Below, piece by piece: positions 29,193-42,837 of a DNA stretch of 64,000 nt. The translations under genes were made by a program, and so were the position numbers. The notes under the pieces were generated by a model. That model saw only the letters and a list, made by a program, of their open reading frames with translations. It was not told where the DNA came from and ran no database searches. Source of the stretch: Vicinamibacteria bacterium (GTDB taxonomy: Bacteria > Acidobacteriota > Vicinamibacteria > Marinacidobacterales > Marinacidobacteraceae); the NCBI GenBank assembly GCA_963555995.3, contig OY821641.1, forward strand, positions 2,272,001 through 2,336,000, in the 5' to 3' direction. Each line of letters starts with the position of its first letter. The first letter of the stretch is position 1.

Positions 29193-30266
29193 TCACTGGC
29201 TATTTGGGGCGGGCGGCCTGGACACCTCCAGGATTGCGAGGCACTCACGGACATTGGCTGCCGTGCGTTCAAGATTCAGCAAGCCATTCTCTCCGCACAC
29301 CTGCCACTCTTGGCGGGGCACGGCCGCGACGGCCATCGTCTGGCCGAATCCGAATCTGGCTGGGCGTTCCGCTCGGGTGGCGCCCTTCCGGTGCATGACT
29401 TCACGATGCCAGTGAGAGCGAAGGTCGCGATACCTCTCCCGCGGTGCGCCTCCGCAATTGATGCGAAACATCAACTTCCCGTCTCGTACTCCGCTTTCGT
29501 CGGCCGATTCGCCGCCCTCGATCTGAATGTAGGCCGTGATTTCGTCGCGGCAGACAAAACCCGCATAGAACCCCAGGAAGCCCCTCGATTGATTTGGGAC
29601 ATAGGACCAGTCTCCGCCTTCGATGTACTCTTCGAGCGCAGCATAGAAGCCTTGCCACGCATGCCAGCCCCACATCTCCGGTCTGTCGGTTGCCCAAGCC
29701 TGGACCTGATCTTCCCAGCGACGTAGGCGAGTAACGAAGTCGCCGAGAATGTCACTCTCAGCGAGTGCCTTGCTTTGTCCTTCAAGCACCCCGAGTAGAT
29801 TCTTGCGGAGCAGAATTGCGTTGCCTCGTTCGCTGATGTCACGGAGGCTCGTATTCGACTGATCACCCGTCTTCAGGTAAACGGGGAGAATCCTCTCCTC
29901 GGGCAGTTCGTTGCCGATGCGCTCCCGGTAACGCCGCATTTGATTCGTCCGTTCCACGGTGTCTATCTTGTCTTCGACAAGAATCGCCGTGTGACTGTCT
30001 TGACCCGCGTTGAGATGGCAGACAACATCCATGTTCTGCCTTCCACGAACAGGTTCTACGCTTTGGATCTTTTCCGGAAGAGACTTGTCCGCGCTGACCT
30101 GCCCGATATGCATCAGGAGCGCTCTTCCCACGTCATGCAGAGCGACGCTCATGTCACGGCAACTAGGATCTGCCCACCGCAACAGCCAACAGATCATGGC
30201 GTCCTGAGATAGCTCTGATGTGGCGTACTCGAAGAGATTGGGACGATCACGAACGACGTTAGTCAT
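29193..30266 (-). CDS. PD-(D/E)XK nuclease family protein (PDDEXK_4-like)
   Basis: NLFEYATSELSQDAMICWLL, MDV..ILVEDKI..NQMRRY, VYLKTG; lower GC. Confidence 0.8.
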   Translation of the reverse strand: MTNVVRDRPNLFEYATSELSQDAMICWLLRWADPSCRDMSVALHDVGRALLMHIGQVSADKSLPEKIQSVEPVRGRQNMDVVCHLNAGQDSHTAILVEDKIDTVERTNQMRRYRERIGNELPEERILPVYLKTGDQSNTSLRDISERGNAILLRKNLLGVLEGQSKALAESDILGDFVTRLRRWEDQVQAWATDRPEMWGWHAWQGFYAALEEYIEGGDWSYVPNQSRGFLGFYAGFVCRDEITAYIQIEGGESADESGVRDGKLMFRINCGGAPRERYRDLRSHWHREVMHRKGATRAERPARFGFGQTMAVAAVPRQEWQVCGENGLLNLERTAANVRECLAILEVSRPPAPNSQ

Positions 30267-30381
30267 GATACTCCTTTAGGGGCATTACACATCTCGACGA
30301 TTTGGCCATCGAGCGTTGCGTCCGTTTGGCGGACGGCACACCGAACCAACGGCCGACCTGAATTGCACGAAGGCAGAACCG

Positions 30382-33237
<2,856 letters not shown>

Positions 33238-33379
33238 GGATCGGGGCGGGGCCGCACATTCTAGGAGGGAACGCAGGGAGCGCCGGTCTTCAGACCGGCA
33301 CGCGCGGCGCTCCGCGCCGCGCACAGCGCACCGCCAACCCGCCGGAACAGCACCCGCTCGGCGGTAGATTCCCGGCCCG

Positions 33380-34183
33380 ATGGCCCAGGACTTCACCGAA
33401 ATCCCGGTCCCGCCCGCGCTCGGCCCGGACCCCATCCGCATCCACCACCCGGAGGGCGCCTTTGTTCCAACCCGCGCGAGCCGGATCGCCCTGGAGGCCA
33501 TCGCGGCACACGCCGCCCGCTTCCGGGGACGCGGGCTCGATTGGGGCAGCGGTTCCGGACTGCTCGCCATCGCCGCCGCCCGGCTCGCCGGAGTGGAGGA
33601 GGTGCTCGGGCTGGAACTGGACCCTCGCGGAGTGGCGGCGGCGCGGGAGAACGCGCGCCGGAACGGAGCGGCGGCCAAGGTCCGGTTCGTCGAATCGGAC
33701 TCCTACGACCCGGTCTCGGAGGAAGGCCGCCGGGCGCTCGCCCGGTTCCGGGGCTCGACCGATTTCATGATCGCGAACCCACCGTCATCGAGCCCGGTCG
33801 GGGACGGATTCGCGATGCGGCGGGTGGTGGTCCGGGGCGCCGTCCGCTACCTGCGGCCGGGCGGCGTGCTGCTGCTCAGCGTTTCCTCCCAGTACGGCGA
33901 GGGTCGGGTGTCCGGGCTCCTCCGCCAGGCCCCGGGATTCCGGCACGACGGAGTGGGAGCCTCCACGGACCTGGTTCCCTTCGACATGGGGCGCCTGGAT
34001 CTCAGGCGCGACGTCGAGACCTACGCCCGCGAGGAAGAGCGGGGCGGCCTCACCTACGCGTTCCGGCATCCCCGGAATCCGGAGACGCCGATGACCGCGA
34101 TCGAGGCATGGAACCACTTCCACGCAACGGGGGAGAGCCCTCTTTCCCGCTGGCAGAGCCACCTGCTGGTCTGGGAGGGGTGA
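33380..34183 (+). CDS. Class I SAM-dependent methyltransferase
   Basis: LDWGSGSG motif I; ANPP motif IV. Confidence 0.85.
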   Translation: MAQDFTEIPVPPALGPDPIRIHHPEGAFVPTRASRIALEAIAAHAARFRGRGLDWGSGSGLLAIAAARLAGVEEVLGLELDPRGVAAARENARRNGAAAKVRFVESDSYDPVSEEGRRALARFRGSTDFMIANPPSSSPVGDGFAMRRVVVRGAVRYLRPGGVLLLSVSSQYGEGRVSGLLRQAPGFRHDGVGASTDLVPFDMGRLDLRRDVETYAREEERGGLTYAFRHPRNPETPMTAIEAWNHFHATGESPLSRWQSHLLVWEG

Positions 34184-34274
34184 GAGCGGATCGAAAACCG
34201 CCGCAGTACCGGCACCCCGCCCGGCACGAGAGTGCGGGAGCGGGACGCTGAGGCCCGGGGTGGCAGGGACCGTT

Positions 34275-34424
34275 TGGAACGCCGGCTTCAGCCGGCACAG
34301 CGGCCCGCGGGCGGTTGTCGCTACCCCGGGTGAATTGGCCCGCGCAGTCGAGCCATCCCGGCGAATGAGGTCCGTCCCGCCGCCCGCCTTCGGCGGGCTG
34401 TGCCGGCTGAAGCCGGCGTTCCAA
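34275..34424. repeat. REP-pair element
   Basis: TGGAACGCCGGCTTCAGCCGGCA and its inverse; arm shared with the 3326 element. Confidence 0.8.
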
Positions 34425-34514
34425 GCCGGCGGCGCCATCACGGCTGTTGGCCACCCCCGCACGACTGCACTTTCACAGCAATCGGCCTGAGGCCGGCGCT
34501 CCGAGCCGCTGCCG

Positions 34515-36524
34515 TTATCTGCCTACGACGGCCCGGGTGGCGGCGCAGACCGCGTCTTCCGTCAAGCCGAGCCGCGCCGCGACCTCGGCGCCGGGGGCCG
34601 AGGCGCCGAAGCGATCCACGCCGACCACCGGGCCGGTGCCCACGTAGCGCTCCCAGCCGAGCGTCGCGCCCGCCTCCACCGCGACCCGCGGGACCCCGGC
34701 GGGCAGCACGCTCTCCCGGTACGCCGGACTCTGCGCCTCGAACAGCTCCCAGCACGGCAGGGAGACCACCCGGACCCCTACGCCCTCGGCATCGAGCCGC
34801 TCCGCGGCGGCGACCGCGAGCGACACCTCGGAACCGGTGGCGATGACGACCGCCCGGAGCGCCGACTCCGGGTGCCGGAGCACATAACCGCCGCACTGGA
34901 GGCCCGCGGCCCGTTCCGGGGTGGTCAGGGTCGGCACCCTCTGCCGGGTCAGGACCAGCGCCGTCGGCCCTTCGGTACGGAGCAGCGCGTGACGCCACGC
35001 CTCCACCGTCTCGTTCGCGTCGGCGGGACGCACCACGTGGAGGTTCGGCATGGCGCGGAGCGACATGAGGTGCTCGACGGGCTGGTGCGTCGGGCCGTCC
35101 TCGCCCACCCCTACCGAGTCGTGGGTCCAGACGTAGACCACCGGCAGACCCGAGAGCGCCGCCAGCCGCACCGAGGGCCGCATGTAGTCGGCGAAACAGA
35201 AGAACGTGGAGGCGAAGGTGCGGAAGCCGCCGTGGTAGGCGATGCCGTTCGCCGCCGCGCCCATCGCGTGCTCGCGGACGCCGTAGTGGAGGTTGCGGCC
35301 GTTCGCGTCGGACGCGGACTGGGAGCCGAGACCGTTCAACGCCGTCTTGGTGGAACACGAGAGGTCCGCGTCGCCGCCGAAGAACTCCGGGACCCGCGCC
35401 GCGAAAGCATTCATGGTCTTGCCGGACGCGTCCCGGGTGGCGAGCCGGTCCTCGGGGCCGAAGGCGGGAAGCCCTTCGTCCCAACCGTCCGGCAGCCCGT
35501 TCGCGAGCCGACGCTCGAACTCGGCGGCGCGTTCCGGCGTCTCGGCCCGTGCGTGGGCCAGCCTGGAGTACCAGGCGTTCCGCGCGGCCTTCCCCTGCCC
35601 GGCCCGGTCTCGGCAGCGCTCGCGAACCGCCTCCGGCACCGCGAAGGCCGCTCCCGGATCGAGCCCGAGCGCCGCCTTGGCGGCCGCCGCTTCGTCCGCG
35701 CCCAGCGGCGCTCCGTGCGCCGCCGAGGTGCCCGCCTTGGTCGGCGCGCCGTATCCGATGGTCGTGTTCACCACGATGAGCGAAGGCTGCTCCGCTTCAG
35801 CCACCGCGGCCGCGATCGCCGCATCCATCGCTTCCAGATCGCCGTTCCCGTCGGCAACGGTCTGCACGTGCCAGCCGAGCGCGGCATGGCGCGCCGCCAC
35901 GTCCTCCACCGAGAACGAGAGCGAAGCCGGTCCGTCGAGGGTGACGTCGTTCCGGTCGTAGAGCCACACGAGCCGCCCGAGCCCGAGCTGTCCGGCGAGC
36001 GAGGCCGCTTCGCACGCCACCCCCTCCATCAGGTCCCCGTCGGAAACCAGCGCGAACACCCGGTGGTCCACCAGCCCCGGGAACCGCGCCCGGAGCGCCC
36101 GCTCGGCGATGGCCATGCCCACCGAGTTCCCGGCCCCCTGCCCGAGCGGCCCGGTGGTCGCTTCGACGCCGGGAGTGGCGAAGGTCTCGGGATGTCCCGG
36201 GGTGCGGCTCTCCCACTGCCGGAAGTCCCGGAGGTCGTCGAGGCTCACCGGGTAGCCCGCGAGATGCAGCAGGGCGTAGAGCAGCATCGAGCCGTGGCCC
36301 GCCGAGAGGACGAAGCGGTCCCGGTCCGGCCAGCCGGGATCGCCCGGGCATGTGTTCAGATGGCGGCTCCAGAGTACCCAGGCCATGGGGGCCGCGCCCA
36401 TGGGCAGGCCCGGATGGCCGGAATTGGCCTTTTCGACCGCATCAATGCCGAGTCCCCGGATGGCGGAGATCGCCTGCGCATCCACCTCGTCGAACGGGCG
36501 GCGAAGCGGGGCGGGGTCGTTCAA
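34515..36524 (-). CDS. tkt: Transketolase
   Basis: [50 protein letters not shown]. Confidence 0.97.
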   Translation of the reverse strand: MNDPAPLRRPFDEVDAQAISAIRGLGIDAVEKANSGHPGLPMGAAPMAWVLWSRHLNTCPGDPGWPDRDRFVLSAGHGSMLLYALLHLAGYPVSLDDLRDFRQWESRTPGHPETFATPGVEATTGPLGQGAGNSVGMAIAERALRARFPGLVDHRVFALVSDGDLMEGVACEAASLAGQLGLGRLVWLYDRNDVTLDGPASLSFSVEDVAARHAALGWHVQTVADGNGDLEAMDAAIAAAVAEAEQPSLIVVNTTIGYGAPTKAGTSAAHGAPLGADEAAAAKAALGLDPGAAFAVPEAVRERCRDRAGQGKAARNAWYSRLAHARAETPERAAEFERRLANGLPDGWDEGLPAFGPEDRLATRDASGKTMNAFAARVPEFFGGDADLSCSTKTALNGLGSQSASDANGRNLHYGVREHAMGAAANGIAYHGGFRTFASTFFCFADYMRPSVRLAALSGLPVVYVWTHDSVGVGEDGPTHQPVEHLMSLRAMPNLHVVRPADANETVEAWRHALLRTEGPTALVLTRQRVPTLTTPERAAGLQCGGYVLRHPESALRAVVIATGSEVSLAVAAAERLDAEGVGVRVVSLPCWELFEAQSPAYRESVLPAGVPRVAVEAGATLGWERYVGTGPVVGVDRFGASAPGAEVAARLGLTEDAVCAATRAVVGR

Positions 36525-36609
36525 CGAGCGGCGGACGGTAGCACGTTCCAGGCGGGCTGTGACCCCCTGAACCCGGCAGGGGGCGGCCCGGTTTTCCCGG
36601 CGGGCGTTG

Positions 36610-37764
36610 CTACTGGTGCGCCGCCGCCGGCGCCACGCGAGGATCGCGTGTCTCGCGGCCCTCCGGGCCGCGGTGCCGGTCTGAAGACCGGCGCTCCCCG
36701 GCGTTCAAGACCTCGGCGAAGGCGCCGAGCGCCTCCTCGACGTCCTCGTCGGAGATTCCCAGGTGTGGGATGACGCGCATCGCGTTCGGCGAGGCCGGCA
36801 GCACCGCGACGCCGCGGTCGAGCAACCCTTCGGCGAGCCGGAAAGCGTTCATTCCCGGGGTCCGGAAACGGACGATGTTCGTCTCCACCCCGTCCATGTC
36901 CACCGCGATCCCGGCCAGTTCGTCCAGGCCCTCGGCCAGCCGGTGCGCCCGGCGGTGGTCCTCGGGGAGCCGCTCCCGGTGGTGTTCGAGGGCGTGAAGC
37001 GCCCCGGCCGCGACGATCCCGGCCTGGCGGAAACCACCGCCGAAGAGCTGGCGGAAGCGGCGCGCCCGCCGGATCAGGGGCGCGGGACCGGCGAGGCAGG
37101 AACCCAGCGGCGCGCCGAGCCCCTTCGAGAAACAGACGCTCACCGTGTCGAACCCCTCGGCGTAGCGGCTCTCGGGGATCCCGGTGGCCGCGGTGGCGTG
37201 CCAGAGGCGCGCCCCGTCGAGGTGGGTGCCCAGTCCGAGCCCGCGCGCAGTGTGCGCGACGTCCTGCAGGACATCGAGCGGCCAGACCGCGCCGCCCGCG
37301 CCGTTGTGGGTGTTCTCGGCAGCGAGCAGCCGGGCCACCGGATAGCAGGCGTCCGGAACCATGGGGTGCGGGGTTCGCACTGCGGCCCGGACCTGCCCGG
37401 ACGAGAAGACCCCGCGGTCGCCCTCGAGTCCCACGACGGTCGCCCCGGACAGCGCGGCGGGACCGCCGCTCTCCACGAGGTAGGCGTGGGCTCGCCGTTC
37501 GGCGAGGACCAGGTCCCCCGGCTCGGTCTGGCAGCGGATGGCGATCTGGTTGCTCATCGTGCCGGTGGGGGTGAAGACCGCGGCGTCCTTGCCGAGGACC
37601 GCGGCGGTGCGCTCCTCGAGACGGCGGACCGAGGGGTCGTCGCCGTACACGTCGTCACCGACCTCGGCGGCGGCCATGGCGGCCCGCATCTCGTCGGTGG
37701 GAAGCGAGACGGTGTCGCTGCGGAGGTCAATCCGGACCGGGCGTCCGGCGGCGGTCTGGGGCAT
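36610..37764 (-). CDS. ltaE: Low-specificity L-threonine aldolase; C-terminus extended by a REP
   Basis: [35 protein letters not shown]. Confidence 0.92.
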   Translation of the reverse strand: MPQTAAGRPVRIDLRSDTVSLPTDEMRAAMAAAEVGDDVYGDDPSVRRLEERTAAVLGKDAAVFTPTGTMSNQIAIRCQTEPGDLVLAERRAHAYLVESGGPAALSGATVVGLEGDRGVFSSGQVRAAVRTPHPMVPDACYPVARLLAAENTHNGAGGAVWPLDVLQDVAHTARGLGLGTHLDGARLWHATAATGIPESRYAEGFDTVSVCFSKGLGAPLGSCLAGPAPLIRRARRFRQLFGGGFRQAGIVAAGALHALEHHRERLPEDHRRAHRLAEGLDELAGIAVDMDGVETNIVRFRTPGMNAFRLAEGLLDRGVAVLPASPNAMRVIPHLGISDEDVEEALGAFAEVLNAGERRSSDRHRGPEGRETRDPRVAPAAAHQ

Positions 37765-37796
37765 TCGGTTTCCTCTCGCGGCTGCTCGCGGCGTGG

Positions 37797-38864
37797 TCAG
37801 CGGGTGATGCGGCGGAGGGGAGCGAGGCGGCGCCGCACCGCGTCGCCGAGATCCCGGGACTCGACCAGCGCCCAGAGGCGATCCACGAACTCGCGATCCG
37901 CGAACCCGGCGGGGGAGCCGCCGCTCTCGGGGGTCGAAAGCCCGAACTCCTCCCGGCAGGCGTCCACCGCACCGGCGAGGTCCGCGTCGAAGATGCGGAG
38001 GGCGGGGTCCCCGAGGTCCCCGTCGTCGCCGACCAGGCTGGTATCCGCCGCGCAGCCGCCTTCCGAGATCAGGACCCGGAGCTGCACGACGTCGCTGCCG
38101 GCGAACATGGTGAGCGTGCGGTAGCCGAGCTTCTGGCTCACCGCGTCGTGGATGCGCCGGAGCTCGGCGACCGGCGTCGCGTGCTCACAGACGTTGATGT
38201 GCGTGGAGATTCCGTCATCGCGCCGCGACCCGCCCTCGCGGGGATCCGCCACCAGGACCCCCGCCGACTGGCGCCGGCCGCGGCGGGCGTCGCCGCCGGC
38301 CGCCTGGCCGGCCTCGAGGGCGGAGATCAGGCGGTCCGCGAGGGAGAGTCCGCTGCCGCGCGTGGCTTCGAAGTCCTCGGCCACCGCGTCCACCACCTCG
38401 GGCCCGACGAGCAGGTTCCCCTGCGCCGCGTAGTCCGGCCCGGACCGGTGTCCGGCCCAGGTGCGCGCCTCGGAGCCGGTGTGCTGGGCCACCCCGCCGG
38501 TCAGGCCGACCACGCCGACCTGGCGGTAGGGAGCGCCCTCGTCCTCGGCGAGGCGCTCACGAAGAGCTTCCTCGGCGGACATCCCGGCGGCCAGCCGGCT
38601 GAGGAGTTCCTCGCCGTACTGGGTGCGGGTCCGCGCCTGGGTGGCGACGGCGCCCACGCCGACCCGCACCCAGGGGACCCCGTTCGCGACGCAGGGGTTC
38701 CTGGTGGTGACCGCGACGCCGGACTCGCCGGTCTCGGGGTCGACGGCCGCGATGGAGAACGTGTGGAAGGTGGTTTCTCCGGGAGGGAGTTCTTCCTGGG
38801 CGCCGGCCGGAGGGACCGCGGCCAGCACGAGAACGAGCGGCGTCAGGAGCAGGATGCGAAGCAC
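37797..38864 (-). CDS. DUF1028 (Ntn-hydrolase-like) protein with signal peptide
   Basis: [35 protein letters not shown]. Confidence 0.88.
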   Translation of the reverse strand: MLRILLLTPLVLVLAAVPPAGAQEELPPGETTFHTFSIAAVDPETGESGVAVTTRNPCVANGVPWVRVGVGAVATQARTRTQYGEELLSRLAAGMSAEEALRERLAEDEGAPYRQVGVVGLTGGVAQHTGSEARTWAGHRSGPDYAAQGNLLVGPEVVDAVAEDFEATRGSGLSLADRLISALEAGQAAGGDARRGRRQSAGVLVADPREGGSRRDDGISTHINVCEHATPVAELRRIHDAVSQKLGYRTLTMFAGSDVVQLRVLISEGGCAADTSLVGDDGDLGDPALRIFDADLAGAVDACREEFGLSTPESGGSPAGFADREFVDRLWALVESRDLGDAVRRRLAPLRRITR

Positions 38865-39186
38865 CGGGCAATCGTACTCACGGGAGTGACGCGGGCGGCC
38901 GGCGCCATCCGGGACGAGCGGCCCTGGGCCGCCTGCGGAGTTGCGGCTCGCGTGCCGGTCGGGAGACCGGCGTTGCAGGCCGGGTGCGTCGCCGGTGCTG
39001 TTGGGTTCGGTGCCGAGGTGGGAGCCGCCCCTTGCGGGTGGGGTTGCGACGTGCGCAGCGCGGAGCGCTGCGCGTGCCGGTCTGGAGACCGGCGTTCCAA
39101 GCCGGGGGCGTGGCGAGGGGCGCGGGGCGGAGTGCTGCGCGGGGCGGTCCGGAGGCGGGCGTTGCAGGCCGGGGGCGCTGCGCGGG

Positions 39187-40656
39187 TTAGGCGAAGAAGG
39201 TGCGTAGGCGGTTGGGGTCCGGTGGGGCGGTGAGGCGGGAGACCACCACGAGGGCGAGGGCGGAGACGAGGACGATCGCGGCGGCCGGTTCCACGCCGGT
39301 CTCGGCGATGGTCCAGCCCGGAGCGCCCGCGGACGAGACGAAGAACCAGGTCCAGAGGAGCAGGCCGCTCAGGATGCCTGCGGCGGCGCCCGCCCCGGTG
39401 CTCCGCTTCCAGTAGAGCGCGCCGACGAGCACCGGGAAGAACGTCGAAAAGCCCGAGAGCGCCCAGATCCCGAGGCTGAAGATCGTCTGGGTGGAGACGA
39501 GACTGAGGACGAACACCAGGACCAGGAACCCGGCCACGAAGATCCGGCCGAGCAGGGCCTGGCGACCCCGGCTCCACGCCGCGAACCGCGGCACGCGGGC
39601 GGCGGCGTTCTTCGTGAGCATGGTTCCCACGGCCAGGGTCTGGGAGTCGAGCGACGACATGATCGCGGCGAAGACCCCGGCCGCCAGCGCCCCGGCCAGC
39701 AGGCTCCCGGCGTGTTCGCGGATCAGCAGGATGATGACCGGCCCCGCGGCGTCGAGCGGGACGTCGAGCCGGCCGAGCGCCCCGAGGACCACCGAGGGGA
39801 ACCAGACGGCGGCGATGCAGGCCGGATAGGCCAGCACCGGCAGCCGGAACGCCTCGGCGCTCCGGGCGGACATCCAGTGGCTGAAGATGTGGGGGAAGCA
39901 CGACGTGGAGAGCGGGACGAAGAGGTAGGTCGCGATCTGGATCCAGTCCCGCGGCGACCGCGCCAGTTCGAGAAGTTCCGGGGACCGCTCCCCGAGCCGG
40001 GCCATCGCCGGTCCGAAACCGCCCATGCCGCCGGTGATCACGAGGAACGCGAGCCCGCTGACCGCGATGAAGACGAGCGTCTGGAAGGTGTTCACGATGG
40101 CGGTGCTGCGCATCCCGCCGAGGACCACGTAGAGGAGCACCACGAGGCACATCACCAGGCTGCCCGCCCACGGCGGGATCGCGGCGTCGGTGTCCACGAT
40201 GGCGGCGAGCGCGTCGCCGCCGCCCTTGACCCCGATCAGCACGTAGGGCACGAGCCAGAGGAGCGAGGCCCCCAGCACCAGCACCCCCAGCGCCGGGGAG
40301 CCGTAGCGGGCCTCGAAGAACTCCGCCTGGGTGGCGAATCCGTGGCGTTTCCCGAGCCGCCAGAGGGGCACCCCGATGACGAGGAAGGTCATCGGGATGA
40401 CGATGGCGGAGCTGGTCGCCATCAGGGCGAACACCCGGACGCCCTGGCGGTAGGCCTCCCCCGAGGCGCCCAGGATGGTGAAGGCCGTCATGTTCGTGCC
40501 GAAGAGCGTCATCAGCAGCACGAAGGGGCCGATGGAGCGGCCGGCGAGGAAGTACCCCTCCCCCGCCCGGTCGGGAGCCCCGCCCGCGCCGAGCCGGGCG
40601 GCCACCCCGATGCCGACGACGGCGACGAGATAGAGAACGACGACCGCGAGCGTCAC
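39187..40656 (-). CDS. Sodium:solute symporter family protein
   Basis: YFLAGRS, GTNMTAF, GGMRSTA, AAIMSSLDSQ; about 13 hydrophobic segments. Confidence 0.9.
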   Translation of the reverse strand: MTLAVVVLYLVAVVGIGVAARLGAGGAPDRAGEGYFLAGRSIGPFVLLMTLFGTNMTAFTILGASGEAYRQGVRVFALMATSSAIVIPMTFLVIGVPLWRLGKRHGFATQAEFFEARYGSPALGVLVLGASLLWLVPYVLIGVKGGGDALAAIVDTDAAIPPWAGSLVMCLVVLLYVVLGGMRSTAIVNTFQTLVFIAVSGLAFLVITGGMGGFGPAMARLGERSPELLELARSPRDWIQIATYLFVPLSTSCFPHIFSHWMSARSAEAFRLPVLAYPACIAAVWFPSVVLGALGRLDVPLDAAGPVIILLIREHAGSLLAGALAAGVFAAIMSSLDSQTLAVGTMLTKNAAARVPRFAAWSRGRQALLGRIFVAGFLVLVFVLSLVSTQTIFSLGIWALSGFSTFFPVLVGALYWKRSTGAGAAAGILSGLLLWTWFFVSSAGAPGWTIAETGVEPAAAIVLVSALALVVVSRLTAPPDPNRLRTFFA

Positions 40657-40667
40657 GGCGGGCGGCC

Positions 40668-40895
40668 CTACCGCTCCGGTTCCGCCCCGGGTCGGGGGGC
40701 GTGCCGTGCGGACGGGAGGAGCGTCCGCACCGCGAACCACAGGCTCAGCGTGGACGCCCCCACGACCAGCAACTCCAGCACCAGCCCGAAGGGCGCGCCG
40801 AGAAGGTGCGGTTCGGACGGCGCCAGGGCGACCAGCAGGCGCAGGCCGACGAGGGCGGCCACCGCGGCGGCCAGCCGGCTACGGCCCGTGGCCAC
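40668..40895 (-). CDS. Small two-TM accessory protein upstream of the symporter
   Basis: Two hydrophobic segments around LLGAPFG; typical position. Confidence 0.6.
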   Translation of the reverse strand: MATGRSRLAAAVAALVGLRLLVALAPSEPHLLGAPFGLVLELLVVGASTLSLWFAVRTLLPSARHAPRPGAEPER

Positions 40896-40902
40896 GGATC
40901 CG

Positions 40903-42069
40903 CTATCGGGCCCGAAGCTGGTGCGTCCGCTTGAAGTTGAGCCGGATGCCGACGACGCCCGAGAAGTTGTCCTGCGGGGAGGCGATGTGGCGGGCGAACA
41001 GCCGGAATTCGGCGAACGCCTGCGCCCGGCCGGCGCCGGTGTAGTTCGGCAGGTTGAACCCGGCGGTGGCGAAGACGCCGCCGTCCAGGATGTCGTTGTC
41101 ACCGATGCCCCAGAGCCCGGCGCCGCCGCCGAAGAACCCGCCGGGGGTCTGCCGGGTGATCATCACGTCCAGCGACGATCCGGTCCAGTAGTTGTGGGCG
41201 AATCCGCCGCCGCCGCGGATGGTGAGGGCGTTCGTGCGGTCGGCCCCCGCCCGGTGGGGCACGGTGAGCCCGACCCCGGCGCCGCTCAGCCAAGTGGCCT
41301 CCGGCGTGGGAACGATGTCGGTGCGCTCGCTCTTCCAGGTTCCGGTCGCGAGGTCGGCGATCGGCCAGTAACGCGGGTGGAGAGCGTCCACCCCCAGGTC
41401 GGCGCTGCTGCAGGTCGCCGCCACGCCCCGGTCGTCGTGAACCGTCAGGGTCGCCTCGTAGTTCCCGTCCCCCGGGAGGACGAACGTCCGCTCGCACTGG
41501 TCGCTGGCGTCCATGGTCGAGATCTGCACCCCGTCCTGCAGGACGGTGATGTAGCGGGTCGCGATGTCGCCGGTCACCGCGGTGGCGCCGCAACTGTCCG
41601 CCACCAACGCCGCCTCCAGGTAGTGGGTCGCCTGCTCGGGCGCGCGGATCGTCAGGGAACAGGTCGGCGCGCCTTCCTCCACCGAGACGGTGGCGCCCGC
41701 CGACTGGGGCGCGCCCACGCCGCTCACCGTGGCTTCCGCCCGCCAGGTCCCGGCCGCGTCCAGTTGGCCGGTCCACGAGGAGCGTTTTCCGTCGCGGGCC
41801 ATCGCCAGGGTCTCGGTGGCGCCGGAGGGCGAGGTGAGGGTGACGTTCAGCCGCGCTCCCTGTTCGAGTCGAACGTCCACCGTGATCCGGGCGGCGGAGA
41901 ACGCGTACTCGCCGGACGCCACGAAGTGGATGACCGGCGGATCCTGGGGCAGTTGCGCCGCGGGGGCGGAAGCCGCGAACCCCGGCGAGACGGCCGCCAG
42001 CGCGAGCGCGAGCGCCCCGGCGAGTGATCTCGCCGGACGAAGAACGAGACGTTGCGCAGGATGGATCAT
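40903..42069 (-). CDS. Secreted/outer-membrane protein with Ig/PKD-like domains
   Basis: Signal peptide; GNYEATLTVHDDRG PKD-like motif; beta-rich C-terminus. Confidence 0.65.
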   Translation of the reverse strand: MIHPAQRLVLRPARSLAGALALALAAVSPGFAASAPAAQLPQDPPVIHFVASGEYAFSAARITVDVRLEQGARLNVTLTSPSGATETLAMARDGKRSSWTGQLDAAGTWRAEATVSGVGAPQSAGATVSVEEGAPTCSLTIRAPEQATHYLEAALVADSCGATAVTGDIATRYITVLQDGVQISTMDASDQCERTFVLPGDGNYEATLTVHDDRGVAATCSSADLGVDALHPRYWPIADLATGTWKSERTDIVPTPEATWLSGAGVGLTVPHRAGADRTNALTIRGGGGFAHNYWTGSSLDVMITRQTPGGFFGGGAGLWGIGDNDILDGGVFATAGFNLPNYTGAGRAQAFAEFRLFARHIASPQDNFSGVVGIRLNFKRTHQLRAR

Positions 42070-42256
42070 TTTCTTCCTTCGGCCTCCTCGGCCTCGACAG
42101 CGACAGAAAGCGGGCGCCGGCAGGGACCCGGATGCCCACCCGCCGGGCGCAACGCGAAGCCTAGCAGCCGGTGGACAAACTCACGCGGCATTCGAACGCC
42201 GATGCATCCCGCCTGAACCGCGCCTCTTCGCGGCAAAATTGCAATGGGAGCACCAA

Positions 42257-42622
42257 TGGGAGCGCCGGTCTTCAGACCGGCACAGCGGGCCAAAGGCCCG
42301 CGGACGTCGTACCGCTGCTTGCGACGACGGACCAGAAGTCGAACACCATCACGCGAGGCCCCGTCCTGCCGTGCGCCGGGAGCGCCGGTGGGAGCGCCGG
42401 TCTTCAGACCGGCACAGCGGGCCAAAGGCCCGCGGACGTCGCACCGCTGCTTGCGACGACGGACCAGAAGTCGAACACCATCACGCGAGGCCCCGTCCTG
42501 CCGTGCGCCGGGAGCGCCGGTGGGAGCGCCGGTCTTCAGACCGGCACAGCGGGCCAAAGGCCCGCGGACGTCGCACCGCTGCTTGCGACGACGGACCAGA
42601 AGTCGAACACCATCACGCGAGG
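42257..42622. repeat. Tandem array of a 132-bp REP-containing unit (~2.8 copies)
   Basis: Units start at 42257, 42389 and 42521 and are nearly identical. Confidence 0.9.
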
Positions 42623-42837
42623 CGTCGTGCCATGCGCTGCGCTTTCGAGCGGCGCATGCCGGCCGGAAGGCCCCCCACCGGGAGGACTGGCCGGCGCTCC
42701 CGGCCGGCGGCGCAACTTCGCCGGTCCGCCTTTCGCCCGGACCGCAGTTTCACAGCAACCGGGCCGGTCGGAAGACCGGCGCGCCGGACCGGCTTCCGGC
42801 TGATAGAATTTCCGGCCGTTTGAGTTCGGAACCGGAT

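Noticed and set aside
42257-42622. CRISPR array with REP as the repeat
   Set aside because: The intervening sequences are near-identical, so it is a tandem repeat
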